Shown one piece after another: positions 12,165-24,706 of a stretch of DNA of 62,555 nucleotides. A program made the position numbers and the translations under genes. How positions within the stretch are numbered: the stretch's first letter is position 1; every line of letters starts with the position of its first letter. This DNA comes from Octopus bimaculoides (Eukaryota), in contig NC_068982.1 of assembly GCF_001194135.2 (NCBI RefSeq), positions 27,410,068-27,472,622 on the forward strand, written 5' to 3'. Under the pieces are notes generated by a model. It was not told the origin of the DNA, made no database searches, and saw nothing but the letters and a program-made list of their open reading frames with translations.

Positions 12165-14417
12165 AACACATATGTAAGCATATTAGTTCGTTTGTTTTAT
12201 GTCCATTTTTGCATGGTAGCATGGGTTAGATGACTCCAACATTGTTTTTCATTTGGATGCTCTTCTATCGCTAAAGCTTTATCTTTTTTTTTTCCAAGTG
12301 ACGGATTCAGTCACACCAACCAACACAACATACCAGTATCTCCACTATCAATTCCAACATACAATACCACCATACCAATATTCTTTCACCACCATCGACA
12401 TTTACTTATCCATCCCGTCTTTGAAGGCATTGCACTTTTATTTGGATTTCCAGTGATTAGTGTAGTAGTTTACGTGTGTGTGTGCGTGTGTGTGTATACT
12501 TACATATACACACGAATATATGTTCCAGAGTATGAGAATGCCTTATTGGAAACAGATTGTGTAAGATTCAGATGATGAAGAGTATGTTTAAAAGAGTGAT
12601 AGGGCAAAACTGTTTATGCAACTGAGAAGGAAGGATATTTGGCAAAATGAGAATATACATAGTTGTGTGTGTGTGTGTTTTATTTATTCTTTTACATGTT
12701 TCAGTCATTAGACTGCAGTCGTGCTAGGGGTACCATCTTGAACTTTTAATCGAAGGAGTCAACCCCACTCCTTTTGTTTTTTTAACTTCTGGTACTTATT
12801 CTTTCGGTCTTTTTTTGTTTACGGGGATATAAAACCCCCACCAATACATGCTGCTAAGCAGTGATGTAAGACACAGACACACTCACTCACACTCACATTC
12901 TTTTATTCTTGTATGTGTTTCGGCCCAGAGGCTGTGGCCATGCTAGAGCATACATACATATATATATACACACGCATGTATGAGTGTGTATACTTCAATG
13001 AAATTTAAATCAAAATGTTGTTGTTGGCAAAGTACATATTTTGCCAGCAGTTATTCACCCAGCATTTGTTTTTACTGACTCAACGGCTGAATGCATGTTG
13101 GCACAATATGTACAGTACCAAAATTTTACCTAATGCCCCAGGAAAATTTGATTAAATGATTTATACTCTTGTCTCTGCTGATGTTGAATACTCCAGTTTA
13201 GTTCATTAGCATTAATGTATGTCTGTGTAAGTATATCTGTATATATTCTACAGCTGAATTGACTGTTTCATGTTCCTATTCAAACTCTTCTCAGGAAGAC
13301 AATGCTGTGTCTTTCCTTCTTCTAACAGTTCAAATACTAACTTGAAAAATTCATTTGCAATGCCAACATAGAAATAAAGGTCTCGTGTTACAATAGGTGC
13401 TGAATACGTTATTAAATAGTGGTTTACTTNNNNNNNNNNNNNNNNNNNNNNNNNNNNNNNNNNNNNNNNNNNNNNNNNNNNNNNNNNNNNNNNNNNNNNN
13501 NNNNNNNNNNNNNNNNNNNNNNNNNNNNNNNNNNNNNNNNNNNNNNNNNNNNNNNNNNNNNNNNNNNNNNNNNNNNNNNNNNNNNNNNNNNNNNNNNNNN
13601 NNNNNNNNNNNNNNNNNNNNNNNNNNNNNNNNNNNNNNNNNNNNNNNNNNNNNNNNNNNNNNNNNNNNNNNNNNNNNNAGTTGCATACTGGGGTTAATCT
13701 AATCGACTGTCTCCCCCCCCCTAAATTTCGGGCCGTGTACCTAGAATTAAAAAGAATGTACATGTGTGTGTGTGTGTGTGTATCAGTGAAAATGTGTAGC
13801 TTAGTGTTTAGAGTATTTGGGTTACAATGGCACATTGTGTCCTTGAGCAAGACACTTTATTTCATGTTGCTTCAGTTCACTCAGCTGCCAAAATGAGTAG
13901 TACCAAGGGTCGACCTTGTCACACTGAATCTCTCTCAGAACTACTTTAAAGGGACATCTGTCTGTGGAGTGTTTGGCACTTGCACATTAATTTCACAAGC
14001 AGGCTTTTCCATTGGTTGGATCAACTGGAACACTCATTACCATAACCAACAGAGTGCTAATATGTGTGTGTGTATCATCATCAATTAATGTCTGTGTTCC
14101 AAGCATGCATGGTTTGTCAGGATTTCATGAGCCCAAAGACTGCATCATGCTCCAGTGTCTTCTTTGACATGGTTTCTGTGACGGGATGCCCTTCTTTATA
14201 TCAACCACTTTACAGCTTGTACTGGGTGCTTTTTCTCATGCCACCAGCACCAGTGAGGCTGCCATGCAGTTTGCAAGACTGTGAATCCCAAGAGGGCAAC
14301 TTTATGTGTGGGATAACAGTATAAAAAAACAGAGCAGAACCTTTTTGTTGCTGTGGAGGGGCTACGTGACTACTTACATTTTAGAAGACAGGGTGGACCT
14401 GATTATATATATATGTG

Positions 14418-14463
<46 letters not shown>

Positions 14464-14988
14464 CCCATACATCTCTATAAATATATATGCCAATATTGAA
14501 AGAAAGATGATTCAATCTTATGTTATATGTATTGAGTACTTAACTGAATGGTGCTTGTCTTAGTTAACTGACGACAATCTCATACATACCAAGTAAAAAG
14601 TACGTGTGTTGGTGTCACATAAAAAGCAGCTGTGCTGGCACCATGTAAAAAGCACCCATGCTGGTGTCACATGAAAGGAAAACCAGTGCTGACACCATGT
14701 AAAAAAAAAACTCTCATGCTAGTGCCACATACAATGCACCCAGTACATTTTGTAAAGTGGTTGGTGTTAGGAGGGGCATCCAGCTGCAGAAACCATACCA
14801 AACCAGACAATTGAAGCCTTAGTGCAGCTCTGGTTTACCAGCTCTGGTTAAACTGTCTAACCCATGCCAGCATGGAAAACGGACATGGAACGATGATGAT
14901 GATGATAGATATATATCACCAGTTGCCATGATTGATTGCTAAATCCACAAGTTTTTTTTATTCTCTCTCTGTTTATTTCTTCATATTC

Positions 14989-15024
14989 CTTTCTGTTGAA
15001 GAGCATGGGCTCGAAACGTAAAAG
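14989..15024 (+). ncRNA. Minimal Penelope-type type-I hammerhead ribozyme motif, core A6->U
   Basis: CTTT-CTGTTGA-A-GAGC-ATGG-GCTC-GAAA-C-GT-A-AAAG: stem I CTTT/AAAG, stem II GAGC/GCTC, palindromic ACGT stem III, predicted cleavage triplet GUA. It lies within a repeat of about 14955-15115 followed by (CT)n(AT)n(GT)n. Confidence 0.5.
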
Positions 15025-15127
15025 ACTTTCTCGCTTTCCCGAGCGTCAAACTAATATACCTGCTTGTTGTTCATACACCTGTCTTTGTCTTTTGTTTTTC
15101 TGTAAATTTCAACTCTCTTTCTCTCTC

Positions 15128-15158
<31 letters not shown>

Positions 15159-16030
15159 ATATATGCAGGGCCATCCTAGGAGCATTATAGGCCCTCTGGG
15201 CAATTGCCCTATGTACTCATGCCTTAAGAGATTACTGTATATGTGTACTTACTGGTACCACCAAATCAATGTAGTGGTTCAGCATGAGTAACCAGCTTAT
15301 TGCAAGTCGAATTGATCTCGATTAGGTGCTGTGCAAAACAGAGACCCTACATAGCTGCATGACTTGCTAGAAATGGCTGCTGCACCATGCTCTGTGATCT
15401 TTAACAAGGAAATGACACATTCAATAATGGTTTCTAATAAAAGTACAAGATCAGAAATTTGTGGGGAAGAAGGGGCTTCATTGATTCAGTTGACCAGTAA
15501 TTTATTTACTGACCCGGAAAGGATAAAAAGCAGAGTTGGTCCCAAAAGGTAAAGAGCCATAAATTAAATCGAATAATTGGGTACTTGATGTATTCCTTTA
15601 TAGTCCAGATGTTGTGAATACCTTTGATCATGGATCTACTCAGTCAGGGTTAACCTGGGGCTAAACAACAAAAGCAAAACAGAGTGGTCTCGACCAGCTG
15701 TGCTTGTGTGCATGCATGTTTGTGTGTGTGTTTGTAAGGGAACATCAGCAATAACAACTATCATTTTACAACCTAATTATTGCTTTGCCTTTATGTCTCA
15801 ACTGCCAACGCAAACCGTTGTCTGCTTTATGTTTTGTGATCTGATGCCAGGAGCAGACATTTTCATTCTATTTATGGCTGAATGGTTAGCATTTCATTCT
15901 TGTCTAGACTGACATCAACTGCCCCTTTACATTCAGACACACACACACACACACACACACACATCTTAAATAGATCCGTATTGCTGACTTCAAGAGACAT
16001 CAATATATATACATATATATACACACACAT

Positions 16031-16132
<102 letters not shown>

Positions 16133-16139
16133 GTGTGTG

Positions 16140-16181
<42 letters not shown>

Positions 16182-16453
16182 CATGGCTGTGTGGTTAGGA
16201 AGCTTGCTTCCCAGCTACATGGTTTCGGGTTCAGTCCCACCGCGTGGCACCTTGGGTAAGTGTCTTCTGCTATAACCCCGAGCCGACCGAAGCTTTGTGA
16301 TTGAATTTGGTAGGCGGAAGTTACTGCCGTGTGTGTATATGTCTGTGTATGTGCTTGTGCCTCTCTCCCAGAGAGTGAGAGGGGGAAAATATATATAGAT
16401 ATATGTCATTATCATTTGATATCTACTTTTCCATACTTGCACTGATCATACAG

Positions 16454-16489
16454 AAGTCATTGAGGCAGATTTACATGCTTCCAAGCAAG
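16454..16489 (+). CDS. Candidate 36-nt phase 1-1 micro-exon (xAA-VIEADLHASKQ-G) of the Orange-domain gene; unconfirmed
   Basis: Acceptor ...cttttccatacttgcactgatcatacAG (16452-53), donor CAAG|GTAATA (16490); open frame; phase matches the 17659 acceptor. Confidence 0.25.
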
Positions 16490-17046
16490 GTAATAAATAT
16501 TTCCCCATCATCAGACATGTTTTTCACAGAAGACTGAAAATGAATATCATTTTAATCATAGGTCTGCTCCATGATAGCTGTTTAGAAGTGCAAGACTTCA
16601 TTACTTACTTATTGGCACTCCATCAGTTATGATGACCAGTGTTCTACCTGATCTGATCAATGGAATACCTGCTCGTGAAATTAACATACAAGTGGCTGAG
16701 CACTCCACAAACACGTGTACCCTTAATGTAGTTCTCAGGGAGATTCAGCATGACACTGATTGTGACAAGGCTGGCCCTTTTAGTATCAGGTTTGTTTTCC
16801 AGCTGAGTGGACTGGAGCCACGTGAAATAAAGTGCCTTGCTCAGAGACACAATGTGCTGCCAGGAATCAAACTCACGACCTTGTGACCATAAGCTGGATA
16901 CACTAACCACTTAGCCACATGCCTTCACAAGACATCATTGTATTTTAAAAAAAAGGTACGAATAGTATTAAAAAGCAACTTAATGTCTCATAAGTAGTAT
17001 TTAAACTTGTAAATGTGACATTCAATATTTCAAACAAAGCTTTACC

Positions 17047-17150
17047 ATCATCATCATCATCATCGTTTAACGTCCGCTTTCCATGCTAGCATGGGTTGGA
17101 CGATTTGACTGAGGACTGGTGAAACCGGATGGCAACACCAGGCTCCAATC
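17047..17150 (-). mobile_element. 3' tail fragment of the young RTE LINE family ((GAT)n tail)
   Basis: catcatcatc-gtttaacgtccgctttccatgctagcatgggttggacg; matches the 3' end of the RTE at 29071-30190. Confidence 0.85.
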
Positions 17151-17187
17151 ACAACTATTATTCTGTTCTATGGTTATTATTATTATT

Positions 17188-17480
17188 TGATGAAAACTCT
17201 CAGTTTATTTTGCTGAGTATATAGGAAAGTGTGAGCTGTCCACAGCCAGCAGACTAAGGCGACACTTGTTTACTGGTCATGCTTCTTTTGTAGGTGTTCA
17301 ACCTTTATATTTGTACCAATCTTTTTGAGCCATGTTCATAGTTGAGTGCTGATACTTCTAAGTGCACCAATTACTGTTGGTATCATGTCTACTCTCCTCA
17401 TTGACCACAACCTTCGTATTTCCAAGTTCAAATCATCATAGTTGTTCAGTTTTTCTTCTTTTTTCTCTTTGTTCTTATTG
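17188..17480 (-). mobile_element. R4/Dong-like non-LTR retrotransposon 3' fragment (restriction-like endonuclease C-terminus)
   Basis: Minus-strand translation 17478->17285: NKNKEKKEEKLNNYDDLNLEIRRLWSMRRVDMIPTVIGALRSISTQL*TWLKKIGTNIKVEHLQK, matching the K-KY-DL...IP-VIGALG RLE motif. Flanked by (TTA)n at 17174-17187 and 17495-17522. Confidence 0.75.
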
Positions 17481-17658
17481 AAAGGGAAAGAAGTTTATTA
17501 TTATTATTATTATTATTATTATATTTTCACAAGTCGGGTTTCCACTTGTGTTCTTTGTTGTCTTAAGATAAGCAAGATTATCTAATTATTTATTTCTGTT
17601 CTGTTTATCTAATAATTATCTAATAATTATCTAATTATTTATTTCTGTTTTGTTTCAG

Positions 17659-18455
17659 GTAAATCTTCATCACCTGTAACACCCAAAACATGTTATATGC
17701 TTCCAGAAATTCCAACATTAATTCCCACGAAAGACAACCAGGAAATGAGCAAGAAATCGCTTTTCCTATTAGGGTACCGTGATTGCAGTTATGAAGCATT
17801 GCGGTATATGATTGAAGTTGAGAAGATTGCTCAAGATGATCCACTCATACTTGGATTACAGCAACACCTGGAACAGCATCAACTCCGTATGGACATTCAG
17901 TCTTTGATTGACAGTGAACTTGGCAACTTGGACAGATCAGATGATAGTGAAGATTTAAATAAAATATCTCCAAAATCTTCTCCAGACACTAGTTCTTCAA
18001 ACAATGAACTGCCATTAACCACACATTTAAAATCAGAACATAATAGTGCTGACAGCACGTCTCCACAAATGACTGTTACATCAACAACTGCTATACAAAC
18101 TAAGGTATGTCCAAACAAATCAGACAGTTTAAATGGCAACTGTTGCCAAGATAATAACAATAACAGTCAAAAACATAGTAACAGAACTATAAAAAAGAAA
18201 AGAGAACTATCATTATCTCCTGCTGACTGTGAAGCAAATTGTCTCCTAGAAAAAGAGACTCTTTGCAAAAAGAGACGTTTAGAGAATTCTAATGCAGTGA
18301 AAATGGATGACAGCACAAAATGGAGCCAGCTCAATCTCTCCATAGCTACAGTTGCTCAAGAGTTGATTGTTCTTCTTGAAAATGAAAATCCATTCTTTGA
18401 AGATGATTCCTATGTAGAAGAAGAACTTGTTATGAATGAGGAGTTTGCCAAGTGA
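17659..18455 (+). CDS. Terminal coding exon of a Hairy/Orange-domain protein (HEY/CWO-like Orange domain)
   Basis: Acceptor tttgtttcAG|GT at 17658/17659 (phase 1), open in frame with ORF 17697..18455 (GKSSSPVTPKTCYMLPE...). Orange-like segment GYRDCSYEALRYMIEVEKIAQDDPLILGLQQHLEQH, a Ser/Asn-rich linker, an NLS-like KKRRL, and TGA at 18453-18455; AATAAA at about 18511. The family call is by motif resemblance only. Confidence 0.8.
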
Positions 18456-19255
18456 CCAGAGTCTGGATTTGTAGGTTAAATATCATGTGACATTGAAAAA
18501 AAAAAGAGGGAATAAAACAGGCTTCAGGCATCATCGTTACTCATGACTTGGACATTTTGGAGAGAGAGAGAGAATAACAATAATAATAATAACTCAATTT
18601 GGAAAACAAATTAACATCTTACACTGGGATAGGGGGGGGGGGTAAGTGAACAACGTAGTATATGGTTACAACTGATCACATGAGCAAATTATTAGTATCA
18701 CAACACATTAAATGACTAGAACATGTGAACATCGGTAAATCAGTGTTAGGATATATGTTTTGCTGAACAGTTTTCAAAGACTTAGTTTAACACCATTATA
18801 TATTGTTATATTGTAATAACTAAACACTTAGGCTTGCAAACAAGTTTTGAGTGAGAAATACAATAAATGATTATCGATGAGAATATATAAGAAGAAAATG
18901 GATCATGAACATAAGAACATAGAGGTAATTCATCAGCGTATCTAGCAGTTCCTTAATATATTCTCTGATGGTCTGTAAAATCCTTTAACATAATTTTAAT
19001 GATAACACTATCAATATATTTTTGTGAGAGCAAAAGAATGACATACAAGAACATCTTGATACACATCGTTTGTTGTTGAGTGGTTAAGATGCTGGATTAC
19101 TGACTCGTGTTTAAATTCAAACTCTGCTCCCAGCAATGATCATATGGCATAGCTTATTATTTTTGTCTCTGTCATAGATGAGAGTTGGTGTTGTTACATA
19201 AGCCATTTCATTATGCTGTTGAGCAAGTCTCATCACTACTTTCTTAACTTATATA

Positions 19256-19383
19256 CAGAGGTGCAGGAACGAAATTTGCTTAGGGGGTGCAAACCCAGTT
19301 TTTTAGGAAGATATTCAAACCTTATTCATTGCTCCACATAAATTTTAGGGGGTGTATTTGCACCTCCTGTTCCTGAGCCTGTG
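19256..19383. mobile_element. Short hAT-type MITE
   Basis: TIRs CAGAGGTGCAGGAAC / GTTCCTGAGCCTGTG (12/15); 8-bp flanks CTTATATA / TTCATATA (6/8). Confidence 0.45.
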
Positions 19384-21719
19384 TTCATATATTCAATCTA
19401 CTTGAATACAGCCACCACATCACCCGTTTCACTGTTCAATGCTCCAACAATTAATTCAAGCAAATAAACTGAATTTCCCAAATCAGCCAAACTCACAGGA
19501 AAATAAAACACTATAAAATCTTAAATAAATTCTTGAATAGGGATGCTTGAGTTCATATAATTGTTGTAGAGGTGGCGATGTTATCAGCGATATGGAAGGG
19601 AGATAATAAATAAATGGAGTTGGTAGTTGTGGAGGTGGTGCCGTTGATAGTGGTATGGAAGGGAGATAATAAATACATAACTTTCTAGCATTCTAGAATT
19701 GTTGACTAGTTTTCTACTCGTTTCTTTTAAAGTTGCTTATGTCCGTGTATAACACGACCCGCTTCTCTTCCCCAAAAGGTATGGCTTGATGCAGTGGAGG
19801 TTTGACTCAGATCAAGATTAGCTTTGTGTTATACTTTAAAAAAATTATAGTATTTATCGTCATATAGTAATGTTGATAATTTGTAAATATAACTAAATAA
19901 TTTATTTTTTTTTGTAAGTCTGGAATTCTTTTTCACAAAAATAATGATTACAGCGAGTTGAATTTTAAAAAATTTTTATATCATTGGGTATTGTTATTCG
20001 TAAATTCCAAAAGAATTAAAGTACAAATTTAACATTTGCCAGAGTTGAACTTAGAATTGAGAGGAATAAAAGTAAAGTGTAAATGATCTTTAACCCCAGA
20101 TCAGCCCAAATTGTGTAAACTTACGGTCAAAGGTATTTCAAGTATGTCCATCGCGGTTTTTCCCTTTCATTATTATTTCAGATTGAGTATATATCTAGGA
20201 CTACATTATTTAATGCATTCATAACTTTAAGATAGTAGGGTGTGGCTATATGAGTGATTTCTTGCAGGTTGTGCAACAATATAGATCAGTCATGGACAAA
20301 CTGTAGCCTGTGGGACTTTCTGAATGGCACAACAATCGAAAAATTATCTTGAAGTCTGTTAATGGTGCAAGCCATCTGTTGATAAACCATGTCTCACTTC
20401 TTGAAAAGGGTTACCTGTGTTTGACATGGAGTCTTCTGCATCTGCTTAAAATCCCATGAATCAGTTGATTTAGTACTCTCCTATCTCCTGCAATTCCATT
20501 ACTTCAATGAGTAACAACATTAGTCTCAACAGAGTCTGGATATTAAACGATGTCTGATACGCTTACATCATATGATGTAGAATTGGTATTGTCTTTCAGG
20601 TTAAGATAGCTTTTAATACATGGGGTGTTGAACTCTTGGTTGATCACTCAGGAGTTTTGCTGCACTCCAAGTAAATACTTTCTAAATACTTACTAAATAC
20701 TTTCTATCTCACTTTTTCCAAGAGTGGGTTGTTGTTGCTGTGATAGTTGTTAAGCAACTTTCATCTCTTGCTCAGTTCTGCTTGAGCATGCTGAGGCATG
20801 GAATAAATTATCTGCATCAGTTGTTTGTTGTCAAGACTTCAAAACTTCCATGCCTTCTGAAATTCACCAACAGTACACCTGGTGCCTCCACTCCTTTTTT
20901 TTTTTTTTTTTTTTTGTAGACTTATTCTCTGTTCACTTCCTACCTGCTGCAGTTTTAGTTACTTTCCCCTCTGAGTCGTAGTGCACCTGAGCACTCTATA
21001 CAATAAGTTCATTATTATTATATAGTAGTTGTCAGCTAATATAAGAACGAGAAGGAGACAGCATTAAGTGATGGATTGCTAAACAACTAGAAACGTTTAG
21101 CCTACAGATTAGAAACATTGTGATCAAATCCTCAGTCATAATAATAATTAATTATTAAAAAAAACTTTAAAACTTTTTTTTTTTATCTTTGTACAAAGTG
21201 TTAAATGACTTGTTTGAAAATAATGTGTGATAACTTTCTTTTATCAAATGCTTTATCTTGAAATATAATATTTATTAACATTTATTTGTTGAAATTAGCT
21301 TTTGTTGATGTCAAAGTCAGTTTCAGTTTTTTTGTGAAAATAAATGTAAATCTATATTTTCCCCTGTTAAATATAAAACATTTAATGAATAAAAAACAAA
21401 TGTAACAAAACAAAAAATAAATTTGCAATATATTGTTTTCTATTTTTGTTTTGGGCTCCTCTAAGTTGAAATGATGTGAATGTCTTGTTTCTTACTTGTT
21501 TCAGTCATTGGACTGCGACCATGCTTAGAGCACCACCTTAAAGGGGTTCATCAAATGAATCAATTTTAGTACTTATTCTATTGGTCTGTTTTGCCAAACT
21601 GCTAAGTTATGGCATCATAAGCAAACTAACACGAGTTGTCAAGTGGCTGGATGGAGGAAAATCATGTAAACACACACATATACATATATATATAGAAAAT
21701 ATATATATATATATATATA

Positions 21720-21870
21720 ACGTTGGCGTTAGGAAGGGCATCCAGCTGTAGAAACTCTGCCAGATCAGATTGGAGCCTGGTGCAGCCATCCAGTTCACCA
21801 GTCCTCAGTCAAGTTGTCCAACCCATGCTAGCATGGACAGCGGACGTTAAACGACGATGATGATGATGAT
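21720..21870 (+). mobile_element. RTE LINE 3' tail fragment
   Basis: ggcgttaggaagggcatccagctgtagaaactctgcc...ggacgttaaacgacgatgatgatgatg, same family as 29071-30190. Confidence 0.85.
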
Positions 21871-22883
21871 ATACATATACATCCAAATATATATATATAA
21901 TATATGTACAATGGTGTTAAGCAGGGCATCCAGCCATAAAAACCGTGCCAAAACAGGAAGGCAGATGTTAAACAACAATGATGATGATAAAAAGGATAAA
22001 GATCCTTCTCAAATAGACTCAAATGATCAGTTTCTATGGTGTATATATATTAACCCTCTGGATAGGATGCCAGTCCATTGTAGGATTACTCATTTTTGCC
22101 AGCTGAGTGGACTGGAGCAACAGGAAATGAAATGCTTTGCTCAAGAACACAACACATTACCTGACCCAAGAATCAAAACCACTTACAGTCATGACTTCAA
22201 TGCCCTACCCACTAAGCCATATCCCTCCACATATGACATATGTTTGTATATATATATATGTGTGTATATATATATATATATAAGAAAAATTATAGAATGG
22301 ACACATCTAGGTGATCAATACAAATTCCAAAGCATAATTTAAAGCACATAACGAAATAAATAGACATATAAATTTATATAAATAAATGGATAAAATTACA
22401 TGTAAAAGTTATATGTGGAAACTATGCATCATGTACGTTGGGTTCAGGTACCGAATGGAGAAGTGACAAATATAGAGATGAAAACCCAAGGTAAGGGCTT
22501 TCAAAAGGAAATGTTCCAATTGATTAAGAATTTGATGTTTATATGAATTATTGGATAAGAGTCCAAAATTTAAAAATTTAGAGGTAAATAAATTTGGTAA
22601 AATATTATTACATAAGATAAATATACAAACTCTGGGTTAAAGGACATCATTTGCAGCCGTTTCAGGAGTACATTAAGTGTATAAATGGCATTTTAAGAAT
22701 TCCATTACAAAAACATAATGCCCCCCCCCCTCATCAGAGTGGTTGCCTTCATGATGAAATCCTACATGATAATAATTTGATAGATTAAAGAATTTTATTC
22801 ATTTATTTATATAAATTTATATGTATATACAGCCCGTATATTGTAAAGTATACTCTAAAGATATACTTTATAAAAAAAATTTA

Positions 22884-22944
<61 letters not shown>

Positions 22945-24706
22945 ATGACAAGCTTCCGCATAGTTTTCATCTATCAAATTCATTCACAAACCATTGGTTG
23001 ATCCCACACTACAATAGAAGGCAATTGCCCAAGGTATCATGCAGTGAGAATGAACCTAAAACAACATGGTTGTAATTTCATCTGCTACGATCTATCTGTG
23101 TGTGCTTCTATGCACCAAGTGGATCTCTCAAGGCTAATAACACAGTATTTGGTTTTCTAACTAGGCATCCATGTTAAACTGGATATAAAGATTGCCTTTT
23201 GGTATTAACACTGCTTCTGTCACTAATACTAGTTAAAGAGTAATGCATTCTTTTATTGCCACAAAGTGAACTAAAAGAGAAACAGGTCCAGTAGCAGGAT
23301 TTGAATTATGTAACTAACATTGACCAGGTGGCTGTATTTACTAACTACACTACAGAATGCATGTTTTAGTACGATATTGTTTCAGCTACTCCTAATGACT
23401 TTTATCTGAAAGCTGCTTTTAATAATCTTCTACTATCCACTAAGCTCTCTAAAGAGGAATTTAATAGTCTCAAAAACTGTAATGTTATCACTTCTGTTCA
23501 GATTTGAAACCATACTGGATGGAACTAAGTAAGACATTTATTTCATATGTCACTCTTTCTGACATATATTGCTCTGGAAACAAATATGTATTTGTTTATT
23601 CTATGGCTTAGTCAGAGGATGAAATGCAGTACACATGACCTTTTACAGGGTTAGCTGGGGTCAGAAATCTCAATTGATGTGTAACTACATTAGGAACGAG
23701 ACGACGAAGAGACTGAGTTATCTCCAGACTGGAGACATGGTCTAAAGGCTTCCTACAGTGTAAATACCACTAAAATCGCTCAACAACCAGCAACTGTTGT
23801 TAGACTGCATAATGGATTAGATCTGCCACCCTAGAAAAGGATTAGTCCATTTGACAGCCTTCTGAATAGTTTCCATCTGCTCTGTTTCCTTGATAATGAT
23901 ATGAGAGAAAGTACTTGTATAGCGTGATTAACCTCAACTTCTTAATCACGCTGTCCTTGTCTGCACCTATATTGAATATCAGTGGTTCACCTGGAATAGA
24001 TTTTGTTTAATAAATATTTAAGAAATATAGCTAACTTCCTTTTATTTATTTTATTCTATTTTCATTGGGATTTTATTATTATTATTAATTGTGCTGGTGC
24101 CATGTACATTCTGTAAAACAGTTGGCATTAGGAAGACCATCCAGCAGTAGAAACCAAGCCAAAACAGACTATAGAACCTGGTGGCCCCTGGCCTTGCCAG
24201 CTTCTGTAAAACCATCCAACCAATGCCAGCACGGAAAACAGACTTTAAATGATGATGATGACTCGTTAGAAAGTTTTATCATTTGTTGTTGCAAATTTTG
24301 GTATTTAACCCCAGGCCCTTTGATCAAAGATATTCACCCATAATTATTTTTAATTTATCTAGTCATCATATATTGTACCTAGAACTACACTAGCCGATGT
24401 ATCTTTCCATGTTTAAGAGAGTAGGGTGTAATGTTTGAGAGATTTGGCTGCCATTTCTAGTAAGTTGAACAGTTACATAGTAGCTTCCTCACTAGTTTAC
24501 TGCTTTTGTAGTTGTTTTTACAGCTAGATGTTCTTCCTCAAGCTAGTCATCCAACCATGTACTAGATGTACAAACAGCTTTTTAGTTAAGAAAACTGTGA
24601 CAAGCAGAGTTATATGTTTTATTGAGGAGCATACCATAAGGGCTCCTGTAAGATTCAAACTCATGACTGTGTAGTTCACAACTTTGTATACTTATTATGT
24701 AATGAC

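Noticed and set aside
9185-12233. Long 325-395 aa ORFs spanning N-runs (also 13248-13850, 30675-31728, 32553-33117, 53216-54068)
   Set aside because: Artefacts of translating assembly gaps.
12299-12456. Strong pyrimidine tract/AG at 12298 as an exon of the Orange gene
   Set aside because: Phase 0 gives an immediate stop, no convincing donor, no recognisable peptide.
13251-13340. Acceptor-like tattctacAG with open phase-1 frame (ELTVSCSYSNSSQEDNA)
   Set aside because: No good donor before the in-frame stop.
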